Positions 39,623-50,538 of a stretch of DNA of 64,000 bases are shown piece by piece (positions within the stretch are counted from its first letter, which is position 1; each line of letters opens with the position of its first letter). Source of the DNA: Camelus ferus (lineage: Eukaryota); assembly GCF_009834535.1 (NCBI RefSeq), contig NC_045696.1, positions 36,768,001-36,832,000 of the forward strand. The letters are read 5' to 3'. The notes under the pieces were generated by a model that worked only from the letters and a program-made list of their open reading frames with translations, had not been told where the DNA came from and ran no database searches. The translations under genes and the position numbers were made by a program.

Positions 39623-40254
39623 AAATCATTGCACTAAACTTTTGTTTATATATCTCCTAAATTTGAGAATGGAGAAGGGAAGGAACATAACCCTCATCAC
39701 TATAAGGATATTGGTTTGGAGAAAAAAATAATGGCAGTGAAAGAAAAGAATGGGAAAGGGTAAAGGGAGGGAAATGGAAATCTTAAACTTCTTCCCTACC
39801 TACCAATGTATGAAGAATACTCTTCAGATTCCTAAAAGGAACAACAACACAAATCAGAACTAGAAACCAGGCTTAAAAGGCTATGACAAGTTAAATGTGG
39901 TGAGAAATAGGTCACAAATGCTATATCCATATGTCTATTAGACAACCAAAGTGAAAACAAATACTTATGCACAACGATAAAGCTCAATTTAATCATCCCT
40001 CCTCTACTTCACCATTATAGTAACAATGAAATGCACGATTATCTGAATCCACAAGTGACTTCCAGTATTTAGATAGAGCTTGGCATTAGACACATTCAGC
40101 AGGTAATTGTACATTCATATTCATCTTGCATATATGATACCATTAAGAATAATGTTGGGCAATGTTGATTTCAGTTCCTTCATATACAGGGATTCAGTTA
40201 TAAGGAAAACTGACCTTCTGAGAGCCTGTATTTAAACATGTACATCATTTATTT

Positions 40255-40344
40255 CTGTGGGGAAGGGGAGAGGTAATTAGGTTTGTTTATTTTTAATGGA
40301 GGTACTGGGGATTGAACCCAGGACCTTGTACATGCTAAGCATGC
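40255..40344 (-). mobile_element. Vic-1-type camelid SINE, 5'-truncated
   Basis: ggtaattaggtttgtttattttt-aatggaggtactggggattgaacccaggaccttgtacatgctaagcatgc is the reverse of the SINEs at 43563 and 48869. Confidence 0.85.
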
Positions 40345-40492
40345 TTATTTTTCCCTCCAAATCTTATAGTGTTACCACCTCTACCTGGCTTCAGACCAGC
40401 AGAACTAATTACATAATGCCTGGTGTTTCTGTCAATGTAAATCACTACATGAAACCCCAAATTTCCAGGTCAGTATTTCTCTAACTCTAATC

Positions 40493-40634
40493 TAGTGTTT
40501 TTCGAATCTGACCATGCATAAGAATCACCTGCAGTATTGTTAAAGCATAGGTTTCTGAGCTCAATCCTCAGACATTCTAATTCAGTAGGTAATGCTGAGG
40601 CTGCCAGTCCACAGACCACACTTTGAGACTGCTG
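40493..40634. mobile_element. MER5A-like hAT MITE (internally deleted)
   Basis: atgcataagaatcacctg...ttctaattcagtaggt...gtccacagaccacactttgag. Confidence 0.7.
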
Positions 40635-40996
40635 CAGCTCCTTATCTCCTATATGTTCCCATTTCTCACCCCTCCTCATCTTCTGAGTCCCTCCCAGTGT
40701 GCTTTTTGGCCCTCGTGGTCCATCAACAAAGTCTCTTACATATCAACTTCTATGCATGTTTCCTCCACATACTTACTTTGAAAATCAATAGATATTTCTG
40801 TCAATGTTTTCAGATAAGTGTTGTGCTCCTTCAATATGCAGTTTCAAATCATTTTCTAATTGTTTTATTTCAGTAAAGTTTTTCTTAATGAAAGATGTAT
40901 TTGTTTGTTTTCCTTCCTTTCTTCCTCAGAGATTGCTATTATATGTATGTTGAATCTTTATCTTAGTCATTTTTTATGTGCTTGCCTTTTTTTCCC

Positions 40997-41175
40997 TTTT
41001 TTTTTATATAGCTCTATTGAGTTGTAATTCATGTACCATACATTTCACCCATTCAATGTGTGTACGTCAGTGGTTTCAAGCATATTTACAGATATTTGAA
41101 ATGATCACCAGAGTAAACTTAAGGCCGTTCAGTCTCCTCAGAAGAAACCCATGTCCTTCGGCGATTACTCCCCAA
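40997..41175 (-). mobile_element. L1MB 3' end
   Basis: Poly-T then agctctattgag...cacccattcaatgtg...agaagaaacccatgtcc. Confidence 0.7.
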
Positions 41176-41830
41176 GGGGTAGCTCAGGAGAGCTTTTCTG
41201 ACTTCACAGAGCTCTCTCCTCTCCTGATTTCAGTGTTCAGAGATACGGTAGCTTGCCCTCTGAGTTTTCTGCTCCATTCCTATTTCTTACCTTTATCTGA
41301 ACCTTCTCTTTCTTTTATATATTGTTCCCTTCTTGTCAATTTTATTCCATTCCTAGCAGTCTCCTGTTGGTTGGGAGTCTGAGAAAGACTTCCAGATGTA
41401 CCAGTTTCTAGAGCTTAAAGGGGCCGCACAGCTCCAGCTCCTTCAGATCTTACCGTGGGCTTTTTGTGCTCAATCATGTAAGTTGGGTAAAGGCACTCAT
41501 TTTCAGCTTCTGTTCTTGATGTGGTGTGTTATGATTTCCAGTGAATGCCTGCATCTCTTGGGGAATTTTTCACGTTAGATGTCCCACTGTTTTCCTCTGA
41601 TTCCTCCTCCTACACAGGTAATGGAAATATACAAGACTTGTGGTGGTGGTGTTTGTTCCCACATGCTTATATTTTAAAATTCATGGATATACTTCATGGC
41701 CAACTTTGATAGTAGATACTGTCCATGAGTTTTTGGTTAGCTGCCTAGTTTTTCTCTGGCTTTTTTGTTTTGTTGTTTGTTTGATGTGAATTCTATAATC
41801 CAGTTGTTATTTTTTGATGGGACGGGGACA
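41176..41830 (-). mobile_element. Old L1 5' region (L1M4-like)
   Basis: agagcttttctgacttcacagagct and gtagatactgtccatgagtttttggtt resemble reverse L1M4/L1MC 5' ends. Confidence 0.4.
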
Positions 41831-42263
41831 AAAATCGTCCTTAAAATAATTAAGTCAAAGAGTTGAATAAATTCTAGAGGTAATTGTTGATAATTAGAGC
41901 CAGAATGGTAATATATTCCTAATACAGAAAAAAATATACAATCAAGTTGTACAAGAATTTTAATTAATTTGGTGGCTTTGTAATGCTTTTCTCTTCTTTT
42001 GTACTTATAATTAATCCAATAACTCATCCGGTTCCATCATACTACCAATTTGTTTAATGTTTTCTATGGCTAATCTTAACAAAACTAAATTAAATAAACT
42101 CTATTTTGAGTTAATCTTTTTTGTTTGTTTTGCTTACGTTAGCCACTTTTTGATTTAGAATTTATTGTAAATAACTTTAGAGCATTTTCTCTTCCTTTTT
42201 GTTACATGAAACAACATTTTTATACCCTATTAATATTTATTTTAAATTTTATTTTCAATACTT

Positions 42264-42740
42264 TGTTGGGGAGAAAAAAATTCCCATCTTCTCTTCTAGG
42301 TTCTTTGGCTGACCTAATAATTAAATTGACATAAGACAGATTAACAGGAGAAAAACATTTAATTTCATGTGTTCAGGAGAGCCACAAAAATATGAGACTC
42401 CAAGGCAGTCAGTCAGTTGAGTCTTATATTCCATCCTGAGCTAAGGATAGGGATGGGGTCTTGGGCTTCCAAGGGGAGGAAGACAATTTACAGGGAGATG
42501 AGAAGAGCAAACGTTTGATGAACAAATACTTGCCCTGCCATGCAGATAGTCTTTTAGATATAGAGTTATTTCTGGCAATAGTTCTCTTCCTGGTACAGGC
42601 TCCCTTTCTAAATTCTTTTAGGCAGTTAAAGGGGAGGTAAAAAACTTTTCCTGAGTCTGCTGGGTCTTGATTGCCTTCAGCACAAAACAGTCCACATGGC
42701 AATGTGGCACATTTTAGGGTGGCCTCTTCTGCTTTCTAAA
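42264..42740 (-). mobile_element. ERV1 solo LTR (MER34-like)
   Basis: ctaggttctttggctg...taaattgacataagacagattaacaggagaaaa...ttgccttcagcacaaaa...ggcacattttagggtggc. Confidence 0.75.
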
Positions 42741-43562
42741 AAGCAAAACATTTACACTAGATTCCTTACTTCCCTAACATCTTGCATCTATTAAACAATG
42801 CTTAAACTCTATAGTTCTCAATAGTCCTTCTCCATTGCCACTTATGAGGAATAAAATACCCATGAAAGACATAGTCCTTCTCTAGCCGGTGTTTGAGATG
42901 TAAGTGAGAGTGATGTTATTTATAGGGATAACCTTGAGCAGACTGTAATTCATAAAAAGTGAATCATTCCCAAACTGTAGTATCTTAAATATTGTTTGAA
43001 ACAAATTACCTGTAACACATCCCTATGACTGATTGCAACACACCAATTTGTCACTGCACTGTGGCTGAAAACCCCTGGATTACAAGTTGACCTTTTCAAT
43101 GGCTTTTCTAAAGGGTTTGTGCAAATCTTACATTTTAAAAGAAGCTTCTTCTGTGTGTTATAAAATGTCATCATAATTTGTCTTCACTGTTACAGGTATT
43201 TTTATTTACTCTGGGGAATTATCTTGCCTCAAGAAGATTTTTGTTCTTGGCATTCTTTAACTTCACCAGAGAACAATTTTTGCAGAATGCCCTTCTAGTA
43301 ACCATTCTAAATTTCATAAACATAAACTTAACACACAGCTCTCCTTTGGCACCAGAGCAATTGTATGTAACTGATGGAGTTTTGTGGCTCTTTTGTTTGA
43401 GAAGTAATGATATTGTAAATAGGTGTTTTTTGTTTTTTGTTTTTGTTTTTGTTTTCTGATACTGATATTCTCTGACCCCTCTTGAACTTTAAAAGAAAAA
43501 TGCTTTGTGATAAGCTTAAGACTTCACTCTACCCAATTTTTTATCAATTAAAAATATTCTAC

Positions 43563-43686
43563 GGGGTGGGTATAGCTCAACTGGTAGAGTGCATGTTTAG
43601 CATGCACAAGGTCCTCGGTTCAATCCCCAGTACCTCCTCTAAAAATAAATAAATAAACCTAATTATCTCCCCCCCCCAAAAAAAGC
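43563..43686 (+). mobile_element. Vic-1-type tRNA-Ala-derived SINE, full length
   Basis: A box tagctcaactgg (43573), B box ggttcaatcc (43617), tail aaataaacctaattatctccccccccc-aaaaaa; TSD taaaaatatt(att)cta on both sides. Confidence 0.9.
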
Positions 43687-44404
43687 TAAAAATATTATTC
43701 TAAGGTCAAAATAATTTTTGTTTTAAAAGATATTTGAGATAGAAAACATTTTATTTTTTGACTGGCACCAAGTTTGGCAAGCTGTGGAACTAGAAGGAGA
43801 GAATACAGCCAGCTGTTTTTTTTTTTTAAAACTATTGCATGGCCTCAGCTGCCAAAGTGTCATTTTGTTTTGTAGTGAAACACCTTCTCTCATGTTGATA
43901 AGTACCTGTTTATCCTCCTTTAAAATGCTTTTCTTCACACATGCTGAAGTATCTTTATATTTCTTCATAAACAGTGTACCTTTGCTGAATAGACTCTTAA
44001 AAATGCATCCAATATGGCTACAAAGAACCAGAAACATGCCTGTTATATTATTTTAATTATTTGAGTTTTATACTAGAAATATCTGCCTGTTCCTTTTTAA
44101 GTTAACAAAGAAAAAAAAGGACATGAAAGACCAAATCCCAAGGTAATAATGAAGGTTCATTTTATGTAAAGCAGTGACTTCTTTGATCACCAAACTTTTT
44201 AATAGAACTTCCAGTCAATAGTCATATTATGTTTATCATCAGTTTGTATTGAGTGTTTGAAGAAGGGATAGAGCAAATAGAAATAACACTTGTTACTCTT
44301 TGTAAAAAAGAAAATGGTTTTGAATTATGGAATTAAGATTTATTTCCCAAATAATTTGTATATTTTGAAAGAAAATAATCAGCATTTGATCACCCTCACC
44401 CCAT

Positions 44405-44941
44405 GACCAATGGTTCCAAGTTGCAAGCCACAGAAGTGATTTTCGCTGTACTTACTAGAGAATTAATTTATCAAAGGGATATATGATGGAGCTCAAAGAA
44501 GACTGTAAGAGATTAAGCAGGCCAATTGTAAGCAAAAATAAACTGCAGCTCTAGTTTGGTGAGGGCATAATTCTCTACTAGCAACATGGGCTCTAACTTC
44601 ATACACACCTGCCATCCACACTGGACCCTGAATGCTGTGATAGCAAAGCTGCCAGTGCTTCCTTTGGAAACTTGTTGCTGTCTTCACCACTTGGAGGGCA
44701 TCTAGGAAGCATAGTCATTGTTCCTAATTCATAGAATGGGATAGGCATTTGGATCTCATTGGAAGGATCTAGGTCTTATGCTTACACTCAAGCAGCAAAG
44801 GAGAACTGGAAGATGAGTATTTGGAATGTTCAGTTTCACTCATTGATATAAGTTTTGCCTCTCATGTAGACTTACAAAGTCCCACAGACATAGAGAGGAG
44901 GTTTAGATACTGGGTGAACTAAAGGAAAAATATCCCATACA
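44405..44941 (-). mobile_element. Ancient MaLR LTR (MLT1L/N2-like)
   Basis: gttgcaagccacagaa...tttatcaaagg...ctaggtcttatgctta...gcagcaaaggagaactggaagatgagtatttgg. Confidence 0.5.
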
Positions 44942-45739
44942 AAGTCTTTTATTTTTCTGCCAGATAATTTTTTAAACAACTCTTCATTTTTCTTTTGTGT
45001 TTTACTGGTATGGATCCTGCAAATACCGATGAAACTGAACAAAAGCTACTACTCCTTGGTTACCATTTAAAATCTAAAAATATCCAAGTAATTTTCTTCA
45101 GTATTTCAAACTACTCCTGTGTATGTGTGTCCAAAGAGAATACTGTAATCATTTTCAGAATGTGAATTCCTTAGTCTCTCTTTTGATTCTTTTTAGGAGT
45201 TATAGAAAGCCCTTCCCAATGACAGTTGTCTATTCATGAAGTAAGTACTTTGATTGTGAAAGATTAATCGCTAATCAATGTGCCTTTAGAAATTGTGAAG
45301 AAAATGCACTAACCTTTTCAAGTTCCATCCTAAGCTCATCCTGGGGGCTCAAGTGGTTTAGTAACTTATTTGATTTTCTTTTCCTAAAGTTGAAAAACAC
45401 AAAATTTCTTTGATTTAGCCTTTTATATTTTCTCTGTTGCTTCCTGGACTCTGATTTCTGACAAAACGTCAACTAACTTAGGGAGAAGTTTTATTAAATG
45501 TTGCCTTTATGTCTTGCCACCTGGAGGTGATTCTGGTTCTGGTTCTAATCCAGACTTCTGCCAGGATATGGAAAGGTTTCTGTTGGGTCATACTCAAGCT
45601 GTGTATACTCAAAAGCCTTGGAAAGTTTTGAAAATGGAATAGGGAATTCAGTCAGAGATAAAGGCTGTCAGTATGGTTCATTATTGAATCCACTGTCACC
45701 ATCCTAATCTATTACCAACATTTTCATTCTTAACAATAC

Positions 45740-46250
45740 ACAGCTAACAGAAATGTGTATATTTGTTCACAAAATACATGCATTAGAATGCTCATAGAAA
45801 TACTATTTATAATAATCAGAACTGGAAAGATCTTAGATATTCATCAACGGTACAATAGATAAATAAACTATTCATAGTTAGTAAAATGAACACTAATAAA
45901 ACAGCAAGGAGAATGAAGGAACCATTGCTATAGGAGCAACATAGATAAATAACACAAAAAATGATTTTGAGCCAAAGAAGCAAGACACAAAGAGTATATG
46001 CTGAAGGAGTCTATTTGTTTTAAAATATCAAAATAGGCAAAATCAATCAATGCTAATAGAAGTAAAGATTGATTTCCTCTGGGTGAGGAATAGTGATTGG
46101 AAGATAATATAAGGGAGTTTTGGTTACCAGTAATGTTGCATTTCTTCATATGTGTGGTATTTTCATGAAGGTGTTCAGTTTGTGCAAAGCTCTTGACTCG
46201 AACACACTGTACTTTTTTGGATGTATGTTACACTTCAATAAAAGTTAAAC
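45740..46250 (+). mobile_element. L1ME 3' end
   Basis: agaatgctcatagaaatactatttataataa...ttgagccaaagaagcaagacacaaaga...aaataggcaaaatcaatc...cttcaataaaagtt. Confidence 0.75.
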
Positions 46251-46311
46251 ATAAATTTCACTAAACTCTAAATAATTCACATTGGTAAATTTGAATATTG
46301 CTTTTACTCTT

Positions 46312-46423
46312 TACTGAAGTATAGTTGATTTACAATATTGTGTTACTTTCAGATGTACAACATAGTGAGTCAGTATTTTTGCAGATTATATTCCATTATA
46401 GATTATTACAAGATGATGGGTGC
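46312..46423 (-). mobile_element. Heavily 5'-truncated young L1 3' end
   Basis: tgaagtatagttgatttacaatattgtgtta...tgtacaacatagtga; 15-bp TSD attgcttttactctt (46297-46311) / attgctttcactctt (46424-46438) at a TCTT/AA endonuclease site. Confidence 0.85.
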
Positions 46424-46884
46424 ATTGCTTTCACTCTTAAAGCTGTGGTATTACTCTCTAGATCAGGGTAACTTTCAGAATTTTTTAAACATTGATTTTG
46501 ATTTTCCTGAACATTATTACCATGCTTTATTTATGGGCAATTCACTCAGTTCTATTACTGGATGTTATTTAGTAATAAACTATAAATAAATCATCTGTGA
46601 GTGGTATCATTTTGAAGTAAAATAATGAAACAATTTTATTTGGTTCACACAGAAAAGAGAAAGACATGCTGTCTGAGAAATATTTATGGTATAATAACAT
46701 AGAAAGTGTCCCTCTACTGCACTTGCTCTTAATTCAGATTTTCTGTAGTTAAAAATATGAATGCCTAATATTAACACCAGCCTATATAAATGCTAATTGC
46801 TTGTGTTTTACTTTAATATGAAGACATACCAAGCTCCTAATACATATTCTTACAACATCCAGCCCCTCCCCAAGTATATTCCTG

Positions 46885-47045
46885 TCATACCTCATTGCAC
46901 TCTCTTGATTAACTACTAGTCCTCCAGTTAGAATGTAAGCTCCATCAGGGACTACATAATGTCTATCTTGTTCATAGTTTCATCTCCAATATCTTCCACA
47001 TTAAATGACACATATTAGATACTTAAAAATATTTATAGGTTCCTG
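46885..47045 (+). mobile_element. L2 3' end
   Basis: tagaatgtaagctccatcaggga...tgtctatcttgttca...gatacttaaaaatattta. Confidence 0.65.
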
Positions 47046-47823
47046 GATAAAGTAATTCAACCAGAAATATTCAAGCAGGAACATCTTCCTAGCTTTTCTT
47101 GGAAAATTTATACATTCTTCTAAATGCCAAAACCTGGTAACAAGCAGCTGACAAAGTGGGGGAAATATATATATGTGTATATATATAATTCTCCTGTGAG
47201 AGTTAAATCATAGCTATAAATGTAAAGACTATTGATTTGAAGGAACCTGTTAATAGCAAATCAACAGCAAGAACAGGAAACAACAGTACACATTGAAGAT
47301 CAAGGTCAACATTTTTGAGAACTGGAATAGGAACATGCAGAAAAGAACTGGTCACATATAATCAGGCAGTCTTACTTGTACCTGTTAACATGTTAAAGTG
47401 TGTTTGTGGTCTTTTCTATTTCTAATGGTGAGTCATTCTTGAAACTTAGATGATAGGTAGATGATAGATAAATGATAGATAGATAAATAGAAAGATAGAT
47501 AAATAGGTATTATACTTTGCACAAATCTTAGTAATGGTGTTCCAGAAATAACAAATAACAAATTTGGGATGCTAAGTAAATACTTAAATTGGCTGTTTTG
47601 ACACATGATTCTGTATCTTCCTGTTACTGTGCTAGAAGATCAGAATGTGAAGTTATTCAGGCTTCCCAGTAATATGCACTGATGTTTTTTCAGTGTTTGA
47701 ATTTTTGCTTAGGTTATAATTCTTAGTAAATATAGCTAAAATATTACTAAAATAGTAAAAAAAAAAAAAAACCTACTACAAATAGTGCTAAAATATGAAG
47801 CACTAGTCTTCCCTTTATAAATA

Positions 47824-48029
47824 CAGTTGACCCTTGAACAACTCAGGGGTTGGAGGCACCTGTCCTTGGTGTGGTCAGAAATCCTCCTGTAACTTCACAG
47901 TCAGCCCTCTGCATCTATGGTTCTGCAACTTTGGATTTAACTAATTATGAATCTTGTGGCAGTACTGAAAAAAATCCACATATAAGTGGACCCGCATGGT
48001 TCAAACCAGTGTTGTTTAAGGGTCACCTG
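47824..48029 (-). mobile_element. Tigger2a-type MITE, second copy
   Basis: TA|cagttgacccttgaacaac ... tataagtggacccgcatggttcaaaccagtgttgtttaagggtcacctg|TA. Confidence 0.85.
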
Positions 48030-48868
48030 TACTACAAAATACAGAATAATTTAAGATTTCAGGAATTTCAAAGAATTATTGGGAATCCAATCTTTGTTCT
48101 CAAATTGTGAAGATTATACCTGTTAGACATGTGGAAACAGTAAGTCCAACTAGGTTCTTGATCTTAAGATGCTTTATCTATTTGGAAAGAAAACTCTATT
48201 TATAAAATATAATTTACATAGCAGACTATATTAAGTACCTCTGACAGTAGAAAATTGACTGCAAAGTTATTAGAGATAGATTTCAAAAGGTTGGAGGAAG
48301 AGTTGTGATGGCTTTGTGGGGGAAGAGGTATTTGGGATTTCAAGTTTGGGTTGCAATAAATAGGTGGGCAAGGAAGGAAAAGAAGAAGGTAATTTTAGGC
48401 AAGAAGAATAGAATAATTAAAATACATAGAAACAGAATTTCCATGGCTAAATCATACAAGTTTTTCTTTCTGTAAGCAATGAAAGATCGTATTATATGAG
48501 AATAAAATTAGAAAATCTTGGAAAAATAAATAAAAATAACTTGTGTTGGTACTTAAACAATTGTTAAGCAGTAGTACTTGAATGTTGTCAAAGTTGGTTG
48601 GAGGTTACCCTAAAGGCTACTGGAGTTGTGATCAAGGTGTGGGAAAATACTGTGTGTAAGGCACTGATGGAAGCCATGTATAAATGAATCCAATATTTAT
48701 TTTAACTAAAAAAAAAAAATCCATTCCTATTTTAAATACATTTATTAAGCACAATTAATGCCATTATTAAAAATTAAAAGCTCTTAAACAAAATCCCTCA
48801 ACATAGGTGGAATCTATAATAAAGCTTATGTCATTATTTAAAATACTGGGTAAAGATATCAGGTTAGA

Positions 48869-48970
48869 GGGGAGGGTAAAGCTCAGTGATAGAGCACATG
48901 CTTAGCATGCACAAGGTCCTGGATTCAACCCCTAGTACCCCCATTAAAATAAACCTAATTACTCCCCCAA
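48869..48970 (+). mobile_element. Vic-1-type SINE
   Basis: ggggagggtaaagctcagtgatagagcacatgcttagcatgcacaaggtcctgg...aaacctaattactccccc; 17-bp TSD aaagatatcaggttaga/aaagataccaggttaga. Confidence 0.9.
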
Positions 48971-49401
48971 AAAGATACCAGGTTAGAATGATTGAAAAAC
49001 AATGTAAAATTGGTCTAACATCAAATTTATTCATTTATTTATTCACTCATCTATCAAATATTTAATGGTTCCCTGCTATTTCCCAAATAGTAGATGGTAT
49101 TGAATCACTATTGAATTTTTCAGCAGTCCCTAAATAGAACCCCTAAAGTGGGAGAAAGTCTAGAAATTTTCAGAGGTGATATGGAGGTAGCGTGGCCAGG
49201 ACAAAATGAGCGAGGCTAGGGACTGATAATATGAGAGCAGATCTTAGAGGTAAGGTAGGCCAAGGGTGAGTGAGTTGAAGGGTCAGTAAAGCTTTGAAAG
49301 CCTTTGAGAGGACCATGACTTTTACTGAGTGGGTGCCACTGGATAGTTTTAAAGAAAAAGTGATGTGATTTTGTTTCTTTGCAAAAGATCACTCTAATTA
49401 G

Positions 49402-49881
49402 TGTGGAAGGAGAACAAAAGTAGATTGCAGTATCGCTAAGAGAGCTATCCAGAATGGAGCTGGGAGGCCACTGAGGAAGTGTGACTTTTGAATGTTTCAG
49501 CCTGGATGGAATCTGAACTTTTGATCCCTTATTATACTAACAAAGGCATCCAGAACATTTGCCAGAAACTCAAGATAGTCACTGAACCCCTTATCCTAAA
49601 ATAACTGATGACAGCCTATCTACTTACAGGACCCCTACTGTAAAACAACTTGTGATTCCTTAAGGACAAATAATTTCTGTCTAGTGTCAATCACAATTTC
49701 CACAGGGCAGAGAATTTTAACAACCTCACGGCCTTTTGTATTTATAAACCCATGACTCTTCCTCTTTCCTGTAATACTCTTTTGGTTTTACCCAAATCTT
49801 TGTCTCCTGAATTGCAGTTCTTAATATCCCAAATAAATTATTTTCTTACTTGCAGCCTTCTGCATTGTTCTTTGGTCAATG
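49402..49881 (+). mobile_element. ERV1-type solo LTR inside L2
   Basis: Starts tgtgg; tttataaa near 49741; AATAAA at 49832; ends ttggtcaatg; TSD ttag/ctag. Confidence 0.7.
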
Positions 49882-49951
49882 CTAGCTGGAGAATAGATTA
49901 TAGAAGCAAAAAAGTGAAAACAAAGAGACCAGTTAAAAAGCTTTTGCAATA

Positions 49952-50538
49952 TTGTATTATTTCACTTACATGTAGAATCGAAACAGAAAACAAAAGCATC
50001 AAGCTCATAGGCACAGAGAACAGATTGATGGCTGCCAGAGTTAGGGGGTGCGGGGTGGGGGTGAAATGGGTGAAAGCAGTCAAAAGATACAAACTTTCAA
50101 TTATGAAATAAATAAGTCATGGATATAATGTTCAGCATGGTGACTATAGTTAACAATGCTGTATTGTATATTTGAAAGTTGCTAAGAGAGTAATTTTTCT
50201 TTTTTTTTTTTTTTTTTTTTTTTGCACATCCATTATCTCATTGAATCCATTACTGTGGTTTGAAATGCACTTTAGTCTTTGCAACTCATATGGAATTCTC
50301 TGACATGCAAATGACCTGGCCTTGGATTACTCATCACTTCTCATAGACCCAAACTAAGAGTGTACATCTTAAAAGTTCCCATTAGAAGAAAAAAAAGTAT
50401 AACTAAGTACAGTGATGGATGTTAGCTAGACATCTGTGGCGATAACTTTGCAATATAGACAAATATTGAATCATGTTGTACACTTGAATGTAACTGACTT
50501 CAATTTTAAAAAAGAGTTAGACAACCAAAGAAGAAAAC
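49952..50538 (+). mobile_element. L1MA9-like 3' end inside L2
   Basis: cagagaacagattgatggctgccagag...cagcatggtgactatagttaa...tttgaaagttgctaagagagta; 17-bp TSD aaaaagcttttgcaata/aaaaaccttttgcaata. Confidence 0.85.
50199..50353 (-). other. Poly(A)-tailed retrotransposed insert of unidentified sequence
   Basis: T24 tract plus 130 bp of non-L1 sequence, flanked by degenerate duplication ctaagagagta.. (50182) / ctaagagtgtacatctt (50354). Confidence 0.7.

Noticed and set aside
43563..43640. Apparent tRNA-Ala(AGC) gene
   Set aside because: The anticodon stem is mispaired, it carries the SINE tail and TSDs, and related copies occur at 40255 and 48869. It is a SINE.
50224..50353. Insert as a snoRNA retrocopy (GTGATGA C-box-like on - strand)
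   Set aside because: No terminal CTGA D box, no terminal ACA box and no terminal stem evident.
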